A DNA stretch of 64,000 nt from an uncultured Rhodospirillaceae bacterium. Lineage in GTDB: Bacteria; Pseudomonadota; Alphaproteobacteria; JAEUKQ01. Position 1 is the stretch's first letter, and the number at the start of each line of letters is the position of its first letter. This document shows positions 1 to 10,781 of the stretch, piece by piece. The translations under genes and the position numbers were made by a program. A model generated the notes under the pieces. It saw nothing but the letters and a program-made list of their open reading frames with translations. It ran no database searches and was not told the origin of the DNA. The DNA lies in assembly GCA_964414755.1 (NCBI GenBank), contig CAYPXH010000003.1, positions 6,896-70,895 on the forward strand, read 5' to 3'.

Positions 1-884
1 TCTGCGCCACATCGTTTTAAAGCACCAGCTAAATATGAGCGGTCAATTTGGCTGCGTCCCGAGTGTAAATCAATAAATCCGGCAGCCAGTTTCGATATTT
101 TGGCAAAACCACCGGCAATTGTTAGGCGGGGAATTGGGTTGCGCCGCAAATACTTTAACAAACCACCAACAAAATCACCCATATCAATAATAGCTTCACG
201 CGGTGGTATAAAAATGTCCTGCACGCCTTGTTCAGATGTACGACCAGTACAGGCAAAAGCATGATCAATCTTATTAGCCCGACACACATCAACACCACGA
301 TGGATTGAAGCCACCCAAGCCGAACAGCTAAATGGAACAACAATGCCTGTTGTTCCAAGAATTGAAAGGCCACCAACAATTCCTAATCTTGGGTTCCATG
401 TTTGCTGTGCAAGCGATAATCCATTGTCTATACTAATTGTTACAATTGCTCCTCCGTGATGCTGGAATTGACAAAAAATTTTTTGCAACTCACTATTGAT
501 CATCATGCGTGGCACCGGGTTAATTGCTGGCTCTCCAACTGCAAGCGGCAAACCAGGTTTTGTAATAATCCCAACTCCGTGACCTGCTTTAAAAGATATT
601 TCTGAATTATCATGGGTTAGTACAATTTTTGATAAAACAAGCGCGCCATGCGTTACATCTGGATCATCCCCGGCATCCTTAATGACCCCAGCTTCTGCAT
701 GGGTTGATAAGTAGTTGCTGGTAGCAAGGCAAAAACTTACTTCCTGGTTATTAGGCAATGTTATTGATACCGGGTCAGGAAAATTTTTCGTAAAAGCGGC
801 TACACAAGCCGATTTTGCTGCTGCTGTAGCGCAACTTCCTGTTGTCCAACCGCGTTTTAAGATTTTTGGTGTTTCTTCTGACAT
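1..884 (-). CDS. cbiD: Cobalt-precorrin-5B C1-methyltransferase CbiD (N-terminal portion; the C-terminus lies beyond the window start)
   Basis: My reverse-complement translation from the ATG at 884 gives MSEETPKILKRGWTTGSCATAAAKSACVAAF..., the typical CbiD N-terminus (RGxTTGxCAAAAAKAA). The ORF runs open to position 1. It is not in the supplied ORF track because it is truncated. Confidence 0.75.
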   Translation of the reverse strand, partial: MSEETPKILKRGWTTGSCATAAAKSACVAAFTKNFPDPVSITLPNNQEVSFCLATSNYLSTHAEAGVIKDAGDDPDVTHGALVLSKIVLTHDNSEISFKAGHGVGIITKPGLPLAVGEPAINPVPRMMINSELQKIFCQFQHHGGAIVTISIDNGLSLAQQTWNPRLGIVGGLSILGTTGIVVPFSCSAWVASIHRGVDVCRANKIDHAFACTGRTSEQGVQDIFIPPREAIIDMGDFVGGLLKYLRRNPIPRLTIAGGFAKISKLAAGFIDLHSGRSQIDRSYLAGALKRCGA

Positions 885-1093
885 AAAAATTTATGCATCC
901 TATGTTTTTCAACACATTTTTAGCAAAAATTACCTAGTTAACGTTATATTCTAAATTATAAACTAGCAAATTCAAATAATTGTATGTAAAATACATATAA
1001 TCAATAAGAGTTATCGCTAATTTATTCCCTGATTAATGTTTGGATCATTCTTATTGAAAGAAACTTGTTTTTAAAAAGTTGGTAGGTGATGTC

Positions 1094-1522
1094 ATGAAGA
1101 AAATTATTCTAATACTTATCTCGATTGTTAATATGGGTTGGATTACTTTGGGTCATGCACAAAGTACCAATCAAACCAGCGACGTATCAATTTCTGTGGT
1201 TTTACCAATTAATGTTGTTATTGAAGGTGACTATTTAGCAACAGGATCGAATCTTGACGGTAGTCCTTATGAGGGGGTTGTCGCGGTTACGCGTTCTGGA
1301 AAAACTTACAAGGTAGCTTGGATTATTGATAATTCACAATATATTGGGACAGGTATTTTACATGGTGATTCTTTTGCCATAGTTACAATTGGTTCTGGTT
1401 CAGATATACCGCCAATGGTAGCTGTTTACAAGGTTAACCAAGACAGAACTTTTGATGGTACCTACACTATTCTTGGCAGTTCTAATGTTGGTTTTGAAAC
1501 GTGGCGCCCTCGCAAACGTTAG
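1094..1522 (+). CDS. Small secreted hypothetical protein (cleavable signal peptide MKKIILILISIVNMGWITLGHAQ, mature part about 120 aa)
   Basis: ORF track 1079..1522. I chose the ATG at 1094, which has AGGTGA 5 nt upstream. It has a hydrophobic N-terminus ending in an AQ-S cleavage-like site. No family was recognised. Confidence 0.55.
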   Translation: MKKIILILISIVNMGWITLGHAQSTNQTSDVSISVVLPINVVIEGDYLATGSNLDGSPYEGVVAVTRSGKTYKVAWIIDNSQYIGTGILHGDSFAIVTIGSGSDIPPMVAVYKVNQDRTFDGTYTILGSSNVGFETWRPRKR

Positions 1523-1945
1523 AAGATGTTGTTAAGCGAATATATGTGCACATCTTTTGCTTGCTATACCTTCCGCGCGTTATCTAGTTTTGCTCTTTTT
1601 AGGCAGATTTAATATTCAAACCGTTTAGGGCATTAAATTCTTTTGGCTTATACCAACTTTATACTTGTCTTTGATATAAGAATTTATTGGTGTTTTTAAT
1701 AATACATCATCACTTAAAGCATGTAAACTTAGCATCTGACCCGTTTAGTTATTGTGGTTTTTTAGTTATAAAAAAGGAATCTGAGATATAATGTTTGCTT
1801 ATTACATAGGCGATAGCCTTGCTCCCGGGTTGGTCTCGTAGTATTTTTAGCTACATTGCATGCTATTAGATGGTTATATCATAAGTCATTTGTGGCCAAA
1901 AGACATTAAAAATAACACTTCAAGAACGATGAAACGGGTTTTATC

Positions 1946-3196
1946 ATGATCCGCACGATTGCGCCGTTGTTATTAGGGATAGGCATCCTGATCATGGGTA
2001 ATGGGCTAGCTGGCATTGTTTTGCCAATTAAAATGTCTAGCTTGCTTTACTCTGAACAAATATCAGGATTGGTGATGGCTTTTTATTACGTTGGTTTTGC
2101 TTTGGGAGCAAGATTGGCACAACGAATTATTGGCAATTTAGGGCATGTTCGTGCCTTTGCTGCTTTGTCTGCATTGGTTTCTGCTGCTGTATTATCTTAT
2201 GGTCTTTTGCCAGGGATGATAACATGGGCTTTACTAAGATGTTTGAACGGTTTTGCTATGGCTGTGTTATTTGCCATTGTTGAAAGTTGGTTGAGCGAGC
2301 GTAGCGCCAATCATAATCGCGGACGCATATTGTCTCTGTATATGGTTACCTCTTATTTTGCAAGTGGGTCAGGCCAGTTACTTGTCAACATTTATGATAC
2401 AAACGGTATTGAATTGTTTGCATTAGCTGGCTTAATACTGGTCATAGCACTTGTTCCAGTGATACTGACCAAAAACCCATCACCAGATATTCAGGAAATT
2501 ACACCTTTATCGTTTCGGCAACTTTATCAATTATCCCCGTTGGGTATCATAGGTGTTATTGGTGCTGGGCTTTTAAGCGGTGGATTTTATGGGATGGGTG
2601 CTATTTTCGCTGCACAAGCAGGTTTTATAACACTTGAAAAATCATTATTTTTATTTGCAGCAATTTTAGGTGGTTTACTGATCCAGTGGCCAGTAGGCAA
2701 ATTATCTGACCGGTATGACCGACGTCATGTTATTTTGTGGATTTCTCTAACCATTGTTTTGATCACAAGCTTTGCTTTTATTTGGGGAACATTAAGCAAT
2801 TATTCTTTTTATTTTGTTGCTTTTATTGCGTTATTATTTGGTGGTGCGGCTGCTACCTTGTATCCATTATCATTAGCACACGCCTTTACCTATGTTGAAA
2901 AGCGCAGTTTGGTATCGGCCAACAGTGGCTTGTTACTTGGCTGGGCATTAGGGGCATCTGTTGGCCCAGTTATTGTTGGGTTGCTGATGCGCCTGACCGG
3001 TCAAAAAGGGTTCTTTTTATATGCAGCATTTATTTCCTTATCTTTAGCATGTTTTGTCAAATACCGTATGGGAAGACGCAAATCAAAACCCATATCCGAG
3101 CAAGCTGTTTTTATGCCTTTACCCGAGAATGCTTTAGAAACAGGCAACCTTGACCCAAGAACCAATAACGACAAAAACGAAGACAAGCTAAAATAA
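1946..3196 (+). CDS. MFS-family transporter (12 predicted TM segments)
   Basis: 416 aa, highly hydrophobic, with paired six-helix halves. It carries the MFS-like loop motifs GRLxDRYDRR and xLGxxGRILxL. Confidence 0.8.
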   Translation: MIRTIAPLLLGIGILIMGNGLAGIVLPIKMSSLLYSEQISGLVMAFYYVGFALGARLAQRIIGNLGHVRAFAALSALVSAAVLSYGLLPGMITWALLRCLNGFAMAVLFAIVESWLSERSANHNRGRILSLYMVTSYFASGSGQLLVNIYDTNGIELFALAGLILVIALVPVILTKNPSPDIQEITPLSFRQLYQLSPLGIIGVIGAGLLSGGFYGMGAIFAAQAGFITLEKSLFLFAAILGGLLIQWPVGKLSDRYDRRHVILWISLTIVLITSFAFIWGTLSNYSFYFVAFIALLFGGAAATLYPLSLAHAFTYVEKRSLVSANSGLLLGWALGASVGPVIVGLLMRLTGQKGFFLYAAFISLSLACFVKYRMGRRKSKPISEQAVFMPLPENALETGNLDPRTNNDKNEDKLK

Positions 3197-3226
3197 TAAA
3201 TTTTTTTATCAAGCACCTGTCAAAAA

Positions 3227-4474
3227 TTAATTTGAGGCTGATTGCAGATAAGTTTTGTTTTTGTAGTCAACAACAAAGCAATCAAAAGAATTTTTAATTA
3301 ATTTGGCACATGCACTTTTGGCATTTTGCTGAGTTAGACCAACTAACCTGGTTCTATAGAGTGTTTTGCCATTTGTGGTTTTATATAGTTGAATGGCTGA
3401 TTGATAAAAGCCTGCTGGACCTAAAATTTTTAGGGCTTTTTGCAATTTCTCTTGGGCAATTTTTGTTGTACCGAAAGCACCAATCTGAATTCCCCAATCA
3501 CCTGTTTTAACTATTGTATGGGGTACATTTGTTGCTGAGGGTGTTGTTTGCCTTGTTGGTTTTACTGGTGGAAAATCAGGTAACTTCCTTGCATGGTTTT
3601 GGGGTGCCACAACCATCAAAGTTGGGGTGGTTGCAGGTGCATCATTTTTCAACTTGGCAAAACCTGTATTTAATAATTGGACCATCTTCTGATGTCGCTG
3701 CACAGAAGATTGTGCACCCATAACAACAACAATTAACCGATTTGAACCCTGTTTCGCAGATGTTATTAAATTATAGCCAGACGCCCTGATATAACCTGTC
3801 TTTAAGCCGTCGGCACCATCATATTTCTGCAACAATGTATTGTGATTAAAAAAATACCGATTGTTATAATGAAAACTTTTTGTAGCAAAATATTGGTAAT
3901 ATTCAGGGTATTCACGAAAAACAGCTAAACCTAACTTTGCCATATCAGATGCTGTTGTAACCTGTCGAAAATGGGGTAAGCCCGATGCATTCGCAAAGGT
4001 CGTTTGAGTAAGACCAATTTGTTTGGCTTTGGCATTCATCAGTTGAACAAAACCGGCTTCGCTACCGGCAATATTTTCAGCAATAACGACAGCCACGTCG
4101 TTAGCCGAATGAACAATTAAGGCCTCAATAGCGTCTTCAACAGTTATCTTATCGCCCCGTTTTAGCCCAATTTTTGTTGATGGCATTGAAGCAGCATGGC
4201 GCGATACTAAAAACTGTTGGTTAAGCTTAATATGTCCCTGATCAAGCTTCTCGAACAAAACCAATAAAGTCATAACCTTGGTTAACGAAGCAGGATATGT
4301 TGTTTTTGTGGCCTTTGATTGTGCGAGTATTGCACCATTTTCCGCATTAATTACAATGTAAGCCTGAACAGGTTTACGAGCAAAACTGCTGGATGTAATA
4401 AAAACAGTAGCCAACATTGTTATTAGCACTAACAACGAAAATGGTTGACGATATTTCATGTGTAAGAAGGACAT
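3227..4474 (-). CDS. D-alanyl-D-alanine carboxypeptidase (PBP5/6, S11 family) with C-terminal SPOR domain
   Basis: Signal peptide, active-site SxxK (ASLTKVMT), SxN (HSAND) and KTG (LKTGY) motifs. The C-terminal about 80 aa look like a peptidoglycan-binding SPOR domain (WGIQIGAF...YRTRLVGL). Confidence 0.85.
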   Translation of the reverse strand: MSFLHMKYRQPFSLLVLITMLATVFITSSSFARKPVQAYIVINAENGAILAQSKATKTTYPASLTKVMTLLVLFEKLDQGHIKLNQQFLVSRHAASMPSTKIGLKRGDKITVEDAIEALIVHSANDVAVVIAENIAGSEAGFVQLMNAKAKQIGLTQTTFANASGLPHFRQVTTASDMAKLGLAVFREYPEYYQYFATKSFHYNNRYFFNHNTLLQKYDGADGLKTGYIRASGYNLITSAKQGSNRLIVVVMGAQSSVQRHQKMVQLLNTGFAKLKNDAPATTPTLMVVAPQNHARKLPDFPPVKPTRQTTPSATNVPHTIVKTGDWGIQIGAFGTTKIAQEKLQKALKILGPAGFYQSAIQLYKTTNGKTLYRTRLVGLTQQNAKSACAKLIKNSFDCFVVDYKNKTYLQSASN

Positions 4475-4698
4475 TTAAGTGATGATATTCAAACAACGCT
4501 AAGTGATTTGATTCTTAAGTGCAAATAAAAAATAAGGTGGTTGCTATTTTAGTCCTTATTACAAAATGCCTTTGGGAAAACAATAACGATATCTTGAGAC
4601 TTTATAATAAAAACATTATATTACTTAATGTCATAAAGTGTTTTTCTGGTGCCTCTGGGACTTTTAGAGCATCAGTGTTATTAATCTAGGTATACTAA

Positions 4699-5016
4699 AT
4701 GGTTCATTATATAAAGACCGACACGCAAATCGCTGTTAAGGACAAGGCAAAGACACAAGCACAAAAACCTCCAAGATATAAGGTTTTACTGCTGAATGAT
4801 GATTTTACGCCAATGGATTTTGTCGTTAGTGTGTTGCGCATGTTTTTTGAAAAAGGATATGAAGAGGCTACTTTCATTATGCTTCAAGTTCATCGCCGGG
4901 GGGTTGGTGTATGTGGTGTTTATGTTTATGATGTCGCTGAAATGAAAGTGAGCCAGGTTAATGAATATTCCCGAAGACGAGGTTTTCCACTACAATGCAC
5001 TATGGAGAAGGAGTAA
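4699..5016 (+). CDS. clpS: ATP-dependent Clp protease adaptor ClpS
   Basis: 105 aa. The conserved core [20 protein letters not shown]...[26 protein letters not shown] is canonical ClpS. It sits immediately upstream of clpA. Confidence 0.95.
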   Translation: MVHYIKTDTQIAVKDKAKTQAQKPPRYKVLLLNDDFTPMDFVVSVLRMFFEKGYEEATFIMLQVHRRGVGVCGVYVYDVAEMKVSQVNEYSRRRGFPLQCTMEKE

Positions 5017-5018
5017 TC

Positions 5019-7304
5019 ATGATCAGTATCAATCTTGAAAAAACAATTCGTCGTGCATTTGATTTGTCATCAAAGTATGGCCATGAGTATACAACGCTTG
5101 AACATTTATTATTCTCGTTAACCGAGGATACGGATGCATTGCCGGTTTTACAAGCTTGCCAGATTGATATACCGAAATTAAGAGATGATATTACCAATTT
5201 TATTGAAGATCATTTTGGGTCGATAACTTTATCAGAGCTTAAAGAGTCAAAACCGACAATAGCATTTCAAAGGTCTATTCAGCGGGCTGTCTTGCAAGCT
5301 AAGTCATCTGGTCGGCAGGAAATAACGGGGGCAAATTTGTTGATTGCGATGTTCGCAGAAAAAGAAAGTGCGGCGATCCATTTTCTTGAACAGCAAGATA
5401 TGTCGCGGCTTGATGCTATGCAGTTTGTTAGCCATGGTATTACTAAGGGAGGGGTGGTTAGTCAGCAGAAAACTGCTGGACGTATCGAAGATGAAGCTCC
5501 ATCAGACCAGAATGAAAAATCCAATAAGAATAATCCGTTACAAATATACTGTACTAATCTTAATAAAAAAGCCCAAGACGGCAAAATTGACCCGTTAATT
5601 GGCAGGTACGACGAACTGGAAAGGACGGTACAAATTTTGTGCCGCCGGACAAAGAACAATCCTCTTTATGTGGGTGATCCAGGTGTTGGTAAAACGGCCA
5701 TGGCTGAGGGGTTGGCTTATAACATAGTTCATAATAAAGTTCCAGAACCGTTGGCGCAGTCGGTTGTGTACAGTCTGGACATGGGTGCGTTAATTGCTGG
5801 TGCTCGCTACCGCGGCGATTTTGAAGAACGATTAAAAGCTGTCATTAGCGCGTTGCTTGCGCAGCCTAATGCTATTCTGTTTATAGACGAAATTCACACA
5901 ATTATTGGTGCTGGTGCAGCCGGTGGCGGCACCATGGATGCAGCTAATTTGCTTAAACCAGCGTTGGCAGCCGGTAATATTCGTTGTATTGGATCAACCA
6001 CTTTTCGTGAATTTAAAACATATTTTGAGAAAGATCGCGCTTTATTAAGGCGTTTTCAAAAAATTGATATCCATGAGCCAAGTCCGCGTGATACAATACA
6101 TATTTTACAGGGTATTAAACCATCTTACGAACGCCACCATCAAATTAAGTACACCGATCAGGCCATTCAACGGGCTGTTGAATTATCAGTAAAACATATT
6201 CAAGATCGCAAATTACCGGATAAAGCGATCGATGTTTTAGATGAAGCAGGTGCTGCACAACGGTTGCTATCAATTGACGTACGTAAAAAAGTTATTGATG
6301 TAGCCGAAATCGAAAAAGTTGTCGCAACGATAGCGCGCATTCCTACAGCGAATGTCAGTCAGAATGATCTACAGATTCTGGCAAATTTAGAAGACCAGCT
6401 AAAACAGGTTGTTTTTGGTCAAGACAAAGCAATAGAGATGCTTGCTAGTTCCATTAAAATGGCACGTGCTGGGTTACGAGAACTAGAAAAACCTATTGGA
6501 AGTTATTTATTTGCTGGGCCAACTGGGGTTGGAAAAACAGAACTTGCCCGTCAGTTAGCAAAATCCCTTGGTGTTGAATTACTGCGGTTTGATATGTCCG
6601 AATATATGGAAAAACACACTGTATCAAGGCTAATTGGTGCCCCGCCTGGTTATGTTGGTTTTGATCAGGGCGGTTTGTTGACGGATGCGGTAGATCAGCA
6701 CCCGCACAATGTTTTGTTGCTTGACGAGATCGAAAAAGCCCACCCAGACCTTTTTAATATTCTTTTACAAGTTATGGATCATGGTAAACTGACCGATCAT
6801 GTTGGTAAATCTGTCAGCTTTAGAAATACCATTCTTATTATGACAACAAATGCCGGTGCCTTAGATATGCATCGCCAGGCAATTGGGTTTGGACGCAAGC
6901 AGCAGTTTGAAGAAACACAAGAAGCAATCCAGCGATTATTTGCACCAGAATTTAGGAATCGCTTGGATGCAATAATTTCATTTGAACCCCTTGTACCAGT
7001 TGTTGTGATGAAGGTGGTTGATAAATATTTACTTGAATTAAGCCGGCAACTTATTGAGAAAGCGGTTTCGGTGGAATTTACTATGGCGTTAAAACAATGG
7101 CTAGTTGATATTGGTTATGATATTGTGTATGGTGCAAGGCCATTGGCACGTGTTATTCAGGATTATATTAAGAAACCCTTGGCAGAGGAGTTGCTTTTTG
7201 GTAAACTGTCTAAGGGTGGGTATGTTACAATAGATATCGATTCTGGAAAGCCGAAGTTTATATTTTTGAATGCACGGGAAAAGGAAGCCCTGCATCAGGT
7301 GTAA
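5019..7304 (+). CDS. clpA: ATP-dependent Clp protease ATP-binding subunit ClpA
   Basis: Two AAA+ modules: Walker A GDPGVGKTA and GPTGVGKTE, Walker B LFIDEIH and LLLDEIEKAH. The start was moved to the ATG at 5019, which has a GGAGAAGGAG RBS; the ORF-track start at 4995 overlaps the clpS stop. Confidence 0.95.
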   Translation: MISINLEKTIRRAFDLSSKYGHEYTTLEHLLFSLTEDTDALPVLQACQIDIPKLRDDITNFIEDHFGSITLSELKESKPTIAFQRSIQRAVLQAKSSGRQEITGANLLIAMFAEKESAAIHFLEQQDMSRLDAMQFVSHGITKGGVVSQQKTAGRIEDEAPSDQNEKSNKNNPLQIYCTNLNKKAQDGKIDPLIGRYDELERTVQILCRRTKNNPLYVGDPGVGKTAMAEGLAYNIVHNKVPEPLAQSVVYSLDMGALIAGARYRGDFEERLKAVISALLAQPNAILFIDEIHTIIGAGAAGGGTMDAANLLKPALAAGNIRCIGSTTFREFKTYFEKDRALLRRFQKIDIHEPSPRDTIHILQGIKPSYERHHQIKYTDQAIQRAVELSVKHIQDRKLPDKAIDVLDEAGAAQRLLSIDVRKKVIDVAEIEKVVATIARIPTANVSQNDLQILANLEDQLKQVVFGQDKAIEMLASSIKMARAGLRELEKPIGSYLFAGPTGVGKTELARQLAKSLGVELLRFDMSEYMEKHTVSRLIGAPPGYVGFDQGGLLTDAVDQHPHNVLLLDEIEKAHPDLFNILLQVMDHGKLTDHVGKSVSFRNTILIMTTNAGALDMHRQAIGFGRKQQFEETQEAIQRLFAPEFRNRLDAIISFEPLVPVVVMKVVDKYLLELSRQLIEKAVSVEFTMALKQWLVDIGYDIVYGARPLARVIQDYIKKPLAEELLFGKLSKGGYVTIDIDSGKPKFIFLNAREKEALHQV

Positions 7305-7331
7305 AAATAGGTTGCAGATTCACAATAATGT

Positions 7332-8231
7332 ATGAGTTTTAGGGAAATGAGTTCAATGATTCCGGTACGAAAGACAGAAAGAATTTTAAGACACTTAGTT
7401 TTATTGTTTTGCGTATGTTTTTTATTGGGCATTGGAGCTGCTAGGTCTGCTGATTTAAACGATGCTTATTTGGCATTACAGGAACGTGATTATACAAAAG
7501 CGGCTGGTATCTTTCAGGTTTTGGCAAACGCTGGTAACGTGCAGGCGCAGTATGAACTTGGTTACTTATATTTCTACGGATTAGGTGTTGAAAAAGACCT
7601 TAAAAAGTCCGCTGAATTATATCTCCAAGCTGCCGAAGAAGGGTATGCACCTGCTCAGGCCGCATTGGCTTTTAGCTATACACTTGGTTTAGGAATTGAA
7701 CAGGATAAAAGCAAGGCCGAGTATTGGAATCAAGAGGCTGCTACTGGCGGTAATCTAATGGCTATGAATAACCTGGCTTATGAGTGGATTGATTCTAACC
7801 GCAATTTAGACAAAGCCATGGATCTTATTAAAGAAGTTTTATATTACGTTCCAGATGAACCCGCTTATTTAGACACTTATGCTTGGGGTTTGTTTAAAAT
7901 GGGGCGATATCAGGACGCCATTAAACCTGCTTGTACCGCGGTTTTGAACGAACCAGGAAGTCCAGAAATCCGGTTCCATTTGGGCGATATTCTCTGGCGC
8001 AATGGCCTAAAGGAACAGGCTATTCTTCAGTGGCAAACAGCTTTGGATTTAACAAAAAATACCTATTTGCTTAGTGTTTCAGGGCAGTATTATGTGGGTC
8101 ATGTCAGTTTGGATCAATGGAACAGCATGTTAAACGAGCGCCTTGAAAATGGGTTGCCGGGTCAGGTGCTTGATCCTAAAACCCTACCAGAAGATTTTTT
8201 TGAAAGTACATGCTTACGTTCCATTTCATAA
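7332..8231 (+). CDS. Secreted Sel1-like/TPR repeat protein
   Basis: N-terminal signal-like hydrophobic segment, then repeated Sel1 motifs (AQYELGYLYFYGLGVEKDLKKSAELYLQAAEEGYAPAQAAL...GLGIEQDKSKAEYW) and TPR-like helices. Confidence 0.75.
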   Translation: MSFREMSSMIPVRKTERILRHLVLLFCVCFLLGIGAARSADLNDAYLALQERDYTKAAGIFQVLANAGNVQAQYELGYLYFYGLGVEKDLKKSAELYLQAAEEGYAPAQAALAFSYTLGLGIEQDKSKAEYWNQEAATGGNLMAMNNLAYEWIDSNRNLDKAMDLIKEVLYYVPDEPAYLDTYAWGLFKMGRYQDAIKPACTAVLNEPGSPEIRFHLGDILWRNGLKEQAILQWQTALDLTKNTYLLSVSGQYYVGHVSLDQWNSMLNERLENGLPGQVLDPKTLPEDFFESTCLRSIS

Positions 8232-8428
8232 TCGACCGGTTTTCTAAATTAAAACTGAATTGATTTTATTAAAATCGATGCCTATCTTTTGTAAGATAAT
8301 ATATGTGCAAAAGGTTCGAGTTGTGCGGCATCTTGGATTAACCAATTTTCGCTTACAGTCATTTTTTAGGTTATAATTTGGTTGGTAGTTAAGTTAATTT
8401 TTTGTCAAACTAGGCAATAGGTCTGCTA

Positions 8429-9154
8429 TTATTCCAAGCTGTCGAGAAGTTCACGTGCATAGTGCGCAACTGCTGGGCCATCGCCCGTAACATCTTGAGT
8501 TCTTCGGTGATCTAACAGATGGGGTTGAACCAGCTTTTTAATTAATTCAGGGAGCAAACTATATCTACCACGTTTATGTTTACCGCGAATTTCAGTGAAA
8601 ATCAGGCGTAAGTCTTGTGCACTGCTTTTAGCAAAAACCAGTGCTAATCTTTCATGGGCTTTGGCATCGCCCATGCTTGCGGCATATTCATTAAACTGCC
8701 AATCGCCCATATAACCTTTAAATGTAAGGCTTTTATAGTCAATTCGTTTATCAATTTCATCAAGCATATTAATCTTAAATATACGCAGTACGGTTAACAT
8801 ATTGCCGCGCAGATGCGATTTGGTAATGTCATCAATTATGACATGAAGACTAAGAGCGATTTCATCTTTAATCTGCTTTTGCATAATCACAGCACCATAA
8901 TTTTTTAAGACATGTTCGTACTTGCCTACTAAAGACAAGTAATTTGCCTTAAATATGTCTGTTCGTTCTGTAGACATTTTTGTTGATAAGTATCTAACAA
9001 CACCATAAGCACAAGAATCTGTCAGCAGGATAGAGGTAATTGGCGAAAAGAAAACCATTTCTTCCGCTGGTTGTTTCCTTTCTTCCACCCTCACAATATC
9101 CTGGTATATCGCAGGTGGACATTCTTGATAAACAATATCAACATAATCTAACAT
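8429..9154 (-). CDS. Hypothetical protein (241 aa), no recognisable family
   Basis: Long ORF with an ordinary amino-acid composition for this window, lying 135 bp downstream of gcdH on the same strand. No catalytic motif was identified. Confidence 0.5.
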   Translation of the reverse strand: MLDYVDIVYQECPPAIYQDIVRVEERKQPAEEMVFFSPITSILLTDSCAYGVVRYLSTKMSTERTDIFKANYLSLVGKYEHVLKNYGAVIMQKQIKDEIALSLHVIIDDITKSHLRGNMLTVLRIFKINMLDEIDKRIDYKSLTFKGYMGDWQFNEYAASMGDAKAHERLALVFAKSSAQDLRLIFTEIRGKHKRGRYSLLPELIKKLVQPHLLDHRRTQDVTGDGPAVAHYARELLDSLE

Positions 9155-9289
9155 GTTCCCTTATATCTTGATTGGCTTTGCATAAAACAATCTAGATAAG
9201 ATAACACATGTAGAGAACCCAAGCAAAGAATACGGCAAACTTATGGCTTGCTTATAATTCTTGCTTTGAAATAAATACTACTGGTTATT

Positions 9290-10483
9290 TTAGGCACTGA
9301 AAGCCTGAATACCGGTTTGGGCTCTGCCCAGAATCAAGGCATGAATATCATGCGTACCTTCATAAGTATTAACTGCTTCAAGATTCAGCAGGTGGCGAAT
9401 AACATGATATTCATCAGCAATACCATTCCCGCCATGCATATCACGAGCCATACGACTTATTTCAAGGGCTTTACCGCAGGAATTACGTTTTATAAGAGAA
9501 ATCATTTCCGGGCTTGCCCGATTTTGGTCTTTCAATCGGCCAACTTGTAGGCATGCTTGCAGTCCGATGGCAATTTCTGTTTGCATGTTAGCCAGTTTGA
9601 GCTGGATAAGCTGATTGGCTGCTAATGGCCGTCCAAATTGCTGACGATCAAGTGTATATTGGCGCGAAGCGTGCCAACAAGCCTCGGCCGCCCCAAGGGC
9701 ACCCCATGCAATACCGTAACGTGCATTATTAAGGCAACTAAAAGGACCCTTAAGACCTGTAACTTCGGGTAACAGATGTTCTGCACCAACCTTGACATTG
9801 TCCATGACAATTTGACCGGTAATTGAGCATCTTAGAGACATTTTTCCTTCAATTTGAGGTGCCGATAACCCCTTCATGCCCTTTTCTAAAATGAAGCCAC
9901 GAATAATTCCCTGATCATCCTTAGCCCAAACAATAAAAATATCCGCAATAGGCGAATTGGTAATCCACGTTTTACTGCCATTAATGATATAACCATTGCC
10001 GGATTTTTTAGCGCGCGTCGACATGCTGCCAGGGTCAGAGCCATGATTGGGTTCTGTTAAGCCAAAACAACCAATTTTTTCGCCACTGGCCAGTGCCGGC
10101 AGATATTGTTTTTTCTGTTCTTCTGTACCAAAAGCATCGATCGGGTGCATAACCAGGCTTGATTGAACACTCATCGCTGATCGATAGCCCGAGTCTACAC
10201 GTTCAATCTCTCGCGCAATTAACCCATAGCTAACATAATTTACACCAGCACAGCCATAACCATCAATTGTTGCGCCAAGCAACCCAAAAGAACCCATTTC
10301 ACGCATAATCGCCGGGTCAAATTTTTCATGGCGAAAACTTTCCAAAACCCTAGGTAATAGCTGTTCTTGGGCGTATTGTCGGGCTGTGGTTTGAATAAGT
10401 TTTTCGTCCTCGGCCAACTGTTCTTCCAGTAATAAAGGATCTTGCCAATTGAAAGAAGTTTGGTTTTTTTTCTGTGTTGTCAT
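9290..10483 (-). CDS. gcdH: Glutaryl-CoA dehydrogenase (acyl-CoA dehydrogenase family)
   Basis: 397 aa with ACAD architecture. Conserved GCDH-like segments include [17 protein letters not shown] and the C-terminal [18 protein letters not shown]. Confidence 0.9.
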   Translation of the reverse strand: MTTQKKNQTSFNWQDPLLLEEQLAEDEKLIQTTARQYAQEQLLPRVLESFRHEKFDPAIMREMGSFGLLGATIDGYGCAGVNYVSYGLIAREIERVDSGYRSAMSVQSSLVMHPIDAFGTEEQKKQYLPALASGEKIGCFGLTEPNHGSDPGSMSTRAKKSGNGYIINGSKTWITNSPIADIFIVWAKDDQGIIRGFILEKGMKGLSAPQIEGKMSLRCSITGQIVMDNVKVGAEHLLPEVTGLKGPFSCLNNARYGIAWGALGAAEACWHASRQYTLDRQQFGRPLAANQLIQLKLANMQTEIAIGLQACLQVGRLKDQNRASPEMISLIKRNSCGKALEISRMARDMHGGNGIADEYHVIRHLLNLEAVNTYEGTHDIHALILGRAQTGIQAFSA

Positions 10484-10781
10484 ATTAAGACTCGTCTAAA
10501 AAATTAGATTTTATCAACTAAAAATAACCTTGGATTTGTGTTTAGTCAAAATAATGATTTTGGAAACAATACTGAATATGGCAGCTAAAATAACCATGGC
10601 AACGTAAAAAGCTACTGATTATTGGTAAATGCTTATGAACTATTCATATTATTTTCAATAAATAGCAAAATCATCTTGCCATAGTTGATGGCTTTATAAT
10701 AGCCTTACCACATCGTGTGGTTGTTTACAAAAATGCCAAAATAAATCACGAACAAATGTACAATTAAAAAATGGCGTAAAA

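Noticed and set aside
4995-5018. Upstream ATG at 4995 as the clpA start
   Set aside because: It would overlap the clpS stop and add eight non-conserved residues. The ATG at 5019 has a proper Shine-Dalgarno sequence and gives the conserved MISINLE… ClpA N-terminus.
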